Assembly (NCBI GenBank): GCA_043228905.1
Contig: JBHGNT010000004.1
Coordinates: 16,492,001 to 16,556,000 of the forward strand
Length of the DNA: 64,000 bases
Reading direction: 5' to 3'
Origin: Azolla caroliniana
Lineage: Eukaryota > Plantae > Polypodiophyta
Positions 28,201 through 38,083 of this stretch are shown piece after piece. A program made the position numbers and the translations under genes. How positions within the stretch are numbered: the first letter of the stretch is position 1; each line of letters starts with the position of its first letter. The notes beneath the pieces were generated by a model. It did not search any database. It had not been told where the DNA came from and saw only the letters and a program-made list of their open reading frames with translations.

Positions 28201-30990
28201 GGGGGCAAGTACCAAGACGCAGACTCATCAAACACAATGTCGCGGCTCACGTGCGCTTGTTTGGCACGCGGGTTATAGCACTTATAACCCTTCTGCTCGT
28301 CCGAATAGCCGACCAAGATACACTTCTCGGCTTTATCGTCCAACTTCCTCCTTTTCTCCTTCGGCACATGCACATACGCAATGCTACCAAAAACTCATAA
28401 GTGTCACAAGTTCGGCTTCGTTCCGAAATATAGCTCGTGCGCCGACACTTTATCTCCGATCCGATTCTGGATGTATACCGCGGTCCTTACCGCCTCGGCC
28501 CAATAGAACTTGGGCAAGCTCTTCTCTTTCAACATTGCCCGTGCCACTTCCACAACTGACTGATTTTTCCTCTCGGCCACGCCGTTTTGCTCCAGCGTGT
28601 ATCTGCAACTGAATTTGCGTTGAATTCCCATCTGTTGTAGATAACCGTTGAATTGACCGGAAAAGTATTCTGTCTTCCTATTTCCGACCGCAGGCACTTG
28701 ATCTGTCTTCCGGTTTCCGTTTCCACGAACCCTTTGAGGTCCCAGAAACAGTCGAAGACTTCACTCTTCCTCTCGATAAGGTAGATCCATGTGTGCCGCG
28801 TGTAGTCGTCGATGAAGGAGACGAAATATCGGCTCCCTCCAAGACTAACGTTTTGTGCCGACCCCCACACATCGGAGTGTATCACGTCGAGCTTGTTCCG
28901 GCTCCGGTTACGCTCGTTGGGGAAGGGAAGTTGGTGTTGCTTCCCAAGCTGGCAGGCTTCACAAATTTGTGCCTTCCGGCCACTAAATTTGGGCAATCCG
29001 AACACCACGTGTTTCGATTGCAGGTCTTGAAGCCACTGGTAGTTGACGTGGCCTATCCTCTTGTGCCATAAGTCGATGTCCAACTCGACTTTTTTTCCCT
29101 TCGCAAACATTGCGGTGCCACCGTCAGTAGAGTCAAGGATGAACATCCTCCCATCTCTGTGCCCTTGCGCAATAATACGGCCTTCTTCCTCAATGAAGCA
29201 CCCGAGGTGTGTAAACCGAACCTGCATCCCCTGGTCGACGATCTGCCCGACCGACACCAGATTCTTCGTGATGGTCGGGACGTGTAACACGTTCATAAGT
29301 TTCCCTTTCTGCCCGACATGGCTCACGGGAACTTCACCGACATTCGTGATCGGATGCGGAGTGTCGTCTCCGGTTGCGACTACTCCTGGTTGCGTCGGTT
29401 TCTCAAGGTATGAGAACCACTCCTCGTGGCACGTCATGTGGTTTGACGCGCCAGAGTCGATGTACCACACCTCCTCCGACTTCGGGGTGATCTTCTTCAT
29501 TGAGTTTGCTTCGTGTCTCGTCACGAAGACAGACCCTTTTCCAGCTTTTCTGGATCCTTCGGCGTAGTGCGATTGCTGCCGGTTTCCTCTGTCGGTATGT
29601 CCGGAACCAGATCCGGACCCGGTCCTCTCCGACTCGGCGTGCTTTTTCCAGCACTCGCTCTCCCTATGGCCTTTCTTGTCAGTTCCCTTGCCAATTCCCG
29701 TCGCCTCGACTCCCCCTGTTTCCGGAGGGTCCGGAATTGCTGTCGGCATCACTTCGGTGCCTTCTTCCTTGATCCCGTCGACCGCCTCCATTGCGTACCG
29801 ACTCGCCTCGTCCGCCATGACCACGGGGCCTATCTCCCTCTGTGTACAACATCTTGTTGTCAGTGTGCGTGCTCGTTGATGCACCCACGTGGTTCTCCTC
29901 TACCAGGAGCATCGACTGTAAGTCGAAAAAGGACGGCGTATTCTCCCAGGTACACACAGCCATTCAGAACGCACCGAACTTTGACGCCAAACCCCCGAGA
30001 TAGACCTGGACCATCTCGCTTTCCTCGATGTTCACATCGATGGAAGCTAAGGAGTCACATATGTCCTTGATCTTCGAGGTATAGTCAGCCACCAACAAAT
30101 CGCGTTGTCGTAGGTTGCTCAACTACTGTCGGAGCTAAAGCTTCCTAGTTGTGGTGCTCGCGGCAAAAATCTTCTTCAGATTTTCCCATGCACCCTTCGG
30201 CGTTTTTGCATCCCGAACATAGCTTAATAGTTGTTCACCCACACAAGACGCGAAGCAATACAACACTCTGCACATCGATTGATCCCACGTCGGGAAGTCT
30301 TTGTGTGTCGAATCGGGTGCTATGTCATTTGCACTATCGACATTGCTCCAATAACCGTGTCCAAGCAGGTACTGGTGCATCTTGTAAGACCAAGACGCGT
30401 AGTTGTTTCTGTCGAGCTTCTCCGTCGGAAGCGAGCTAGCCATTCCTCTGTCCATCGATTTTCTTGTTCTTCGTCGTTGGTTTTTCCTTCAAGCAAAGTC
30501 GGCTATAGAGGTTCTCAACCCTCGCGCTCTAATACCATGAAAAGAATGGCGTGCGGAAGCAATATAAAAAAACTGAACAACAGAAAACGCAGGTTTAATG
30601 GAAAGCTTAGGTTTGCACAGTACGCACGAGAGAGACAGAGAGAGAGTAAACACAAGAACTTAATTCAAAAAATAATACTCAATCTGTACATAGGATGTGC
30701 TAAGTGAGCACTTTTATACAAGCCCTGACAATCGAGCTAGCACAAGTACTGACAGTACTTGACTGCTCATAAATGAGCCTCGACTCTTACTCCCAAAACT
30801 ATTCCTTACGAGGAATATCTTTCTAACGGTCTTTCGGTTTACGCACCGATACGGCCTTCCTACGCACCGGTTTGCGTACCGGTTTACATATCCGTTTTAC
30901 GCACCGGTCCGGCCTAACCGATTGGTCCCAACCGATCCGGTCCTCGGCTTGCTTAGCTGATCCGGCCGATGTTGAGCTTGTCTCTCAACA
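25214..30990 (-). mobile_element. Full-length Ty1/copia LTR retrotransposon, mildly degenerate
   Basis: 453-bp LTRs 25214-25666 and 30538-30990; TSD GCTTT; PBS TGGTATTAGAGC (30526-30537 minus); PPT at 25667-25678. Confidence 0.96.
25922..30455 (-). pseudogene. copia gag-pol (gag, protease WYIDSGASNHM, integrase, RT LYVDD, RNase H with acidic tail)
   Basis: ORFs 30135-30455, 28529-29884, 28404-28697, 27912-28373, 26706-27788 and 25922-26539. Confidence 0.95.
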
Positions 30991-32740
30991 GCTTTGTGGT
31001 TTGAGCCCGGAGTTGGTCCACTTCGGCTTTGGTTGTTTCGTATTGCTCCTTGGCCTTCTCGGCAATTGCCGTTTGGGCCACGAGTTGCTCATCGTAGTTG
31101 CGGGTTGGGACGACGGTCATTAACATGGCCGGTGCCGAGTCGGTTAGTTCTTCGGTTTGAGTGGACACATCCATCGGCGTGAGAGGGTTGGTGTCGTCCG
31201 TCTGTGTGAATACCTCGAAGGGATTGGAAGCAGGGGGTGGAAAATCGAGAAGGTTTGGTTCGCCGGTTTCTTGGAGTCGTTGTTGAAGCTCGTTCAGGCG
31301 GCTTTCCGAGATCTGCCATAACTCCATGGCCATTTTGGTTTGTTTGCGCACTTGTTTGCTACTAACGGCCATGTATTTCGCAACGCGGGTTGCTTTCTCC
31401 AATTCACGGTAAACCTCGACCAAGGTCGTGTTGAGGTTCGGTAGCTCGATCCGAGCAGGCAGGTTTTGGTTACGCGTTTTCGGCCGATCTTTTGTAACTG
31501 GAGTTTTGGTTACGCGTTGGACCATCTGTTGTTCGGCATGGTCTTGAGCCATGCGAGCCACGGCAGCAACCTGGAGGCAAGCGAGGAAGTCTATTAGCTC
31601 GTAGGTCATGTTGTGTTGTAAAATCGCGTCCAGCTCATAGGACTCGGTGGGCAAATCCTTGAAGGTCATGACTTCCTCCTCCGAAACCTAGGAAGGTTGT
31701 CCTTGCTCCGTAGTTCCTGTTAAGGACAAGGACTTGTCTGTGACAACCGTGATGGTTTTGTCAGGAGCAATGAAGAGTTGCGAGTTCTCGGCCCCTTGAG
31801 TTTTTTCTTCGCTATGGTGTTGCAACCTGTGGTGTTTCTTGGCCAGGCTCCTCTGTGTATCCGTTGATTCTTCTCAGAGCCGTATTAGTTGCTCCTTGGA
31901 GGATTGTCTGCTATTGCCTGTGGTTGTCTGAGTCTCCTCCCGGTGGTCCGGTCGCGGGCTGACCATTTTTAGTTTCGGTTTTTCCACTAAGGCAGATAAC
32001 TTATGTTTTTCGTGCCCTCTTATGATGATATTCTCTTCAGCTTCCTAGGTCGTGGCATCTAGTATCAGTCGCGGCGATGTAGGGGTTCGGGCGAGTGTGT
32101 CATCCTGCCATTCCTCCTGAGCTAGTTGAAGAGCTCGTTGGCGTTTCGCATGGGTGGGTGGGACAAGGAGGGTGAGATTTCGGTGGGGTGTGGTCGTGGA
32201 TGGAGAGGGGGAGGGGAGGGTAAAGCACAACTAAGTAATGTGCTAAAGTAGGCAAGAACCTTTTACCTGCCTGAAAAGTCGTCAGGGCAACACGAACTCC
32301 ATTCCCGGTGATGATGCCCTAGTCGATAGCACTACCTCTATATGTCGTGATGATGATGTCTGCCTTTTTCTATGGCATGCTATACGTGTTAGCGTGTACA
32401 CAGCCAAACTCCAAAAGAATTCTAGCGAGATCGCCAAAGAACTTGTTAGGCTCACCATGAATCTGATACGCCTTGGCCGACACCGAGTACTCCCCGAAAT
32501 ATTCTTCGAGGATGTTCTAGGGCGAAGCCTCGATGTCATGTTCTCCTCCTCGTTAGGCCTAACACCAACCGGATCTGATTGTTGGTGGTGGTGTCGGGAA
32601 TCCTCGAGATGCACTCGGTGTGTGATCTCCTGCGCCTCGGGGTGGTGGAATGCATCCACAACATGGAGGTATCCGTCCAAGCCGTACCTGTTCAGCCAAG
32701 TGTGGAGGTCTTTGAACACTTCAAGCAGCATGATCATTTC
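30991..32740 (-). pseudogene. Extra ORF of the gypsy host, N-terminal globular domain and start of coiled coil
   Basis: Manual translation gives NILEEYFGEYSVSAKAY...RGSAID*GIITG...FLPTLAHYLVVLY, followed by ORF 30953-31669; same strand as pol and downstream of INT. Confidence 0.6.
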
Positions 32741-33443
32741 GGAAGAGGAAGAGGAAGAGTGAGTATGGGGGTAAAGAGACAAGGATCGAGAGAAAGCTTC
32801 TGTGCAGAGAGTGTGAGAGCGGGATAGCGTTTGTGTAGAAGACAAGAGAGCTTGAGGGCTTTGTGCATCTGTGTGTGAGTGAGTGTTATGCCCGTGGTGT
32901 CCTCCTTTTTGTAGGTACCTCGTTTCTCAAGATGTGACCTTGTGACCTAGATTCAGAATCTTTCCTGCCATAGTAAGTTTTTAATACCACGCTGTCGTGA
33001 AGATCCGTCACTACGCGCGGATCGTGAGGCGGAACCGCCGGGGTTCTGGACCAGAAGGATTTAGAGTCGATACAAGATTTGGCGAGAAAGTACTTAAGAT
33101 AGATTGGGAAAGAGAGAAGTTGAGATTAAACGATTGAGAAAGATCGATTGAACTTTTTATCTTTGGATTTAAGAAACAAGTTACACCATCAATTTGATAA
33201 CGAATTTCTTCTTCTTAATTTCATAATAATAAAAAACCGTGTTTTTTCTCCTTCCCCTTCCTCTTTTATAGATGCTCTCATGCATATGATGCATGTGAGG
33301 GTACAAGACATGCATAAATTGCATGTTTGCCATTTGGCGCTTATGTATTACATGTGGTGCATGATAACCATGCCACTCATTTTAGTTCTCATGTATGAGA
33401 ATTTACATGTAAAAGTACAATGATAGAAATATAATTTCAACTA

Positions 33444-33515
33444 AATAGCATGGCTTAATGGTAAGCCAATTGACTCCTAACTTGGAGGTGCAAGGTTCGA
33501 ATCCTTACTTGCCCT
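33444..33515 (+). promoter_or_regulatory. tRNA-derived Pol III type-2 promoter module in LTR (identical copy at 36431-36502)
   Basis: A-box TGGCTTAATGG (33451-33461) and B-box GGTTCGAATCC (33494-33504) at canonical tRNA spacing; GCTT/AAGC D-stem, CTCCTAA loop, AAGG/CCTT T-stem. Confidence 0.8.
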
Positions 33516-33564
33516 CCTTGTATATGTAAATATGTATATATATTTATATATTTATTTATCTAGT

Positions 33565-33730
33565 CGCCAGTTCGTCGGATACCGTCGGTTACCGGTGCGT
33601 CGCTGGATGCCGTCAGTTACCGGTGTGCCGCCGCCGGATGCTGTCGGTTACCGGTGCCGTCGCCGGATGTTATCGGTTACCGGTGCCTCGCCGGATGCCG
33701 TCGGATCACCGGCTCCATCGCCGGCCCGGT
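33565..33730. repeat. GC-rich tandem repeat of about 28 bp in the LTR
   Basis: GCCGGATGCCGTCGGTTACCGGTGC-like unit, about 5 copies here and 2-3 at 36550-36645. Confidence 0.85.
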
Positions 33731-34286
33731 TTTGGTTGGCCAAAACCCTTTACGAGTAGCTAGCCCACCTCCACTCTTAGTTCAAGTTACCTTGAACTCT
33801 CTATGCTCCACACATAGACACAAAGATAATATCTTTTGCTCCACCTTATATATGATGAGAGCTGTATTTGTCGTGCCTATGTGGGATACCTCACAATTTT
33901 CTCCTTTCCTTTTAAAAACTTTATACCCTCATATCTTGACATTTAGTTGTTCGTTTCTCGTGTAATAAAGTGCATTCGAAACCTCCATCATTTTGTACTT
34001 AGATATTAAATCTATTTAAAATGTTATCTTCACAATTATTGTACTACGTGATTCATACTCGATTTCGTACGTTTTATGGGATTTTCACACTATTGCCGAA
34101 AATCTTCACGACATCCACCCCCACCAAACCGCACGTCCTCCGGTACGTGGCAAGAAGAGAAGAAGTGAGATTTCGGCTACGATGATCAATTAGATTCCTC
34201 CATGTCTTCATTTTCATCCGGCCTATTATGTTCATCGTCGAGGTAATCGAGGTCAGGATCCTTGTCTTGTCTTTTCTTGAAAATCT

Positions 34287-35921
34287 TTACTCTTTTCCTG
34301 CAATGGGTACGGCCAACCTTGATCCGTCTAGTTCCGCAAGGTGGTATGTGGCATTATCGTTGGCACTTGTCACCACATACGGCCCGAACCATCTTCTTGC
34401 AAACTTCCTTGTTGTACTGTGTTGATTGTCAAGGGTGTTGTCGTAAACTAAAACCCAATCCCCTTCTTCAATCTTCTTGGGACGAAGTCGATGCGTGTTG
34501 TCGAACCGAACTTTGTTCTTTACTCGGGCTGCCTTCATCATCTTTCGCGCTTTTTCTAAATCTTCAGGTCTTCTTTCAAGTTGCCTTATCCGCGCCGCTA
34601 ATAACTCTTCTCGGCTCATCTCGTTCTCCCACGGTATCGCTACCCATGAGGCGATCGTCCTTTCGATGGGCATAATCGGCTTTAGTCCATACATAAGCTC
34701 CGTCGGCATATACCCTGTCACCGAGCTATGTGTCGTTCTATCGGCCCACAAGGCATAGGGTAATAGTTGTGGCCAATTCCCGACTCGACCGTTGCATGCC
34801 CGTACGATGGCTTTAACGATAGGTCCATGCCCTTGCTCGATCTTCCCATTTGCTTCCGGATTGTAGGCAGTCGTGAGGGAGAGCTTCACGCCTAGTCTTT
34901 CGAAGAGCTCCGTCGCTTCATGCGCGTCCAACTCCCCTCGGTCGGCCACTATCTTCCCTACACATCCATATCGGCAAACAACATCTTCAAGTAAAAATTT
35001 ACAAACGGCTGAAGTCGTCTTATTTGTCAAGGCTCATCCTTCCACTTGATTTGTCAAGTCTTCCCTTGCCAGCGCTAAGTACTTCATTTGTCCCACTCCC
35101 ATTGGCATCGAGACCAGATCCACCATCCATTTGAAGTGAATGGTGAGTGGGTATGTTGGCTTTAACTCATCACGATGACGTATATTTGAATATATTTGGC
35201 AAGTTTCACATGTGGACACGAAATGGAGTACATCTTTGTACATGCTTGGCCACCAGTACTTCTCCTTCAATTTTTCGAACGTCGCCCATGTTCCTCTATG
35301 ACCTGCCCAAGCACTCTCGTGGAATTCGGTCATCAGTGTCTCTTGCTCTTCTCTCTTTACCACCACTTGACGTGGTATTCCTGTCCTTCTTTTTGGATGT
35401 CGCCAAAGGAATCCTCCCTTCAAGAAGTACAAAGTCTTGTCCTCTTCAAGCAACACTTGGTCCGTATTGGGGAGACGACTAAACATCTGGTCAAATTCGT
35501 CGTACACCCTCGAGACGCTCATCTTCTTATTCTTCTTCTCTATCCACTTCATCAGGGCATGTCGAGTCATCCTCGTTGAGTCTTCAATCACGAACTCCGC
35601 TAGTATCATTTTCTCGAACTCGGACCATGTTGTCTTACCTTCTTGAAGCTCGATGACGCGTCTTTGGATGTTGTTGGCGACAACTCTCTTGAAGCTTGCG
35701 ATTTGACGTGCCTCGGACACGTCCCTCTGATTCATCTCCCTCTTATATGCATCAAGGAACTTCGTAACATTCCTTCCATCGAATTGGCCCTCGAGCTCTA
35801 AGACACGATCGACAGCCTTCTCCACGCTCGCGTCGTTGTCCCGAGATCTCATCATTTGCTCGACGATTAACATCATCCTTTCGAGCTCTCCTGCTTGGTT
35901 GCTTGAGGACGCCATCTCCAA
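34287..35921 (-). pseudogene. In-frame gag::integrase fusion; protease, RT and RNase H deleted
   Basis: ORF 35034-35921 switches from gag to INT at DKTLYFLK|GGFLWRHP; one TGA separates it from the INT core and GPY ORF 34287-35030. Confidence 0.88.
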
Positions 35922-37149
35922 GTATTAATCTCGACTTGATCCTTCCTACCGCCTCGTTCACGTCGGGTTCACCACTTAATTATGTCATGAAGATCCGTCA
36001 CTACGCGCGGATCGTGAGGCGGAACCGCCGGGGTTCTGGACCAGAAGGATTTAGAGTCAATACAAGCTTTGGCGAGAACTTAAGATAGATTGGGAAAGAG
36101 AGAAGTTGAGATTAAACGATTGAGAATGATCGATTGAACTTTTTATCTTTGGATTTAAGAAACAAGTTACACCATCAATTTGATAACAAATTTCTTCTTC
36201 TTAATTTCATAATAATAAAAAACCGTGTTTTTTCTCCTCCCCCTTCCCTCTTTTATAGATGCTCTCATGCATATGATGCATGTGAGGGTACAAGACATGC
36301 ATAAATTGCATGTTTGCCATTTGGCGCTTATATATTACATGTGGTGCATGATAACCATGTCACTCATTTTAGTTCTCATGTATGAGAATTTACATGTAAA
36401 AGTACAATGATAGAAATATAATTTCAACTAAATAGCATGGCTTAATGGTAAGCCAATTGACTCCTAACTTGGAGGTGCAAGGTTCGAATCCTTACTTGCC
36501 CTCCTTGTATATGTAAATATGTATATATATTTATATATTTATTTATCTAGTCGCCAGTTCGTCGGATACCGTCGGTTACCGGTGCGTCGCCGGATGTTAT
36601 CGGTTACCGGTGCCTCGCCGGATCACCGGCTCCATCGCCGGCCCGGTTTTGGTTGGCCAAAACCCTTTACGAGTAGCTAGCCCACCTCCACTCTTAGTTC
36701 AAGTTACCTTGAACTCTCTATGCTCCACACATAGACACAAAGATAATATCTTTTGCTCCACCTTATATATGATGAGAGCTGTATTTGTCGTGCCTATGTG
36801 GGATATCTCACAATTTTCTCCTTTCCTTTTAAAAACTTTATACCCTCATATCTTGACATTTAGTTGTCCGTTTCTCATGTAATAAAGTGCATTCGAAACC
36901 TCCATCATTTTGTACTTAGTTATTAAATCTATTTAAAATGTTATCTTCACAATTATTGTACTACGTGATTCATACTCGATTTCGTACGTTTTATGGGATT
37001 TTCACACTATTGCCGAAAATCTTCACGACAACGCGTCTCTAGAACCATTTGTACTTTCTTTTCTCGTGTGACATGCATGCTCTTTAAATACTCTAGTTAG
37101 CGGGTTTTTCTTTTTTTACATAGGATACAATTTCTAACAGTAGGTAGAC

Positions 37150-38083
37150 TAATTATCGGAATTGAGGTGGTGGGACCTCGAAATCCTCCGTTTCACCCAC
37201 CGTGGGCTGGTCGTGACCATGTTACTGACCAGCGAAGGGATTGGGTGGGGTCTTGCCGAGAGATGGTTTTAACCGAAAGCCATTCACCCAACTCCTTAAG
37301 ATGTCGCCGGCTAAAGCACCGAGCTAGAACATGCAATTAAATTCGTCAATAATCCAGAAATGTGTGTTCCATCGGAAACTAAGCTTTCCCGGCATCGAGC
37401 CAAGTCGTGTTTGAAAGACGAGGACCGGTTTTCCGATGTCGAATGATTTCTCTTATTCCTTTCAATGACAATCGACAAAGGCTTTTCATTGCCAATGCCC
37501 ATGTTCTAAATGGGCCAGGCTAGCAATCCGGTGTTCCCTGAGTTCGAGTAATTGTTCAAGTCGTTTCAGTTCAAAATCCGACTTGGGCAATCATTCAATA
37601 ATTTGGACTCGTAAACTTGGCACCTAGAACTCGATTGGCATGATGGCTTCCAACCCGAAAGCTAGACGAAAAGGAGTGGATCTGATACTTGTTTTGATCG
37701 TCGTTCGGTATGGCCAGAGTGCACTATGGAGCTTGTCATCCCAATCAGTTCGGTTTTCATTCACGATCTTCTTGAGGATGGTTTGCAGTGTCTTATTTGT
37801 TGACTCAGCCAGTCGTTTGCATGTGCATAGTACGGCGTGCTTTTCTTATGTACTACCACGTAGTGTGTGGTGAGTTCTGGAATAAGTCGATTGAGAAAGT
37901 GACCTCCTTGGTCGCTAACGAGCTCAATTGGACAGCCAAATTGACACCATAGATATTCATAAATGAACTTGGCAGTAGACCTGACTGTGTTGTCGTGTAG
38001 TGCCTTTGCCTCCACCCATTTCATGCAATAATTGGTGGCCACGATGATATATTTATTACTGGTTCGAGCTGCGACCCATTTGA
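37150..38083 (-). pseudogene. Integrase core and C-terminus of the large gypsy host
   Basis: KWVEAKAL...FGCPIELVSDQGGHF and WVNGFRLKP. Confidence 0.85.

Larger units (their letters stand above)
32993..37030 (-). mobile_element. Internally deleted tRNA-Trp-primed Ty3/gypsy element (Phygy/Selgy-like), family 1
   Basis: LTRs 32993-34113 and 35983-37030 (TGTCGTGAAG...CTTCACGACA); 4-bp TSD ACGC; 18-nt match TTCACGTCGGGTTCACCA to the plant tRNA-Trp 3' end at 35957-35974; PPT at 34114-34125. Confidence 0.93.

Noticed and set aside
33444-33515. Functional tRNA gene (CCT loop)
   Set aside because: Acceptor and anticodon stems do not pair; kept only as a tRNA-derived promoter-like module.
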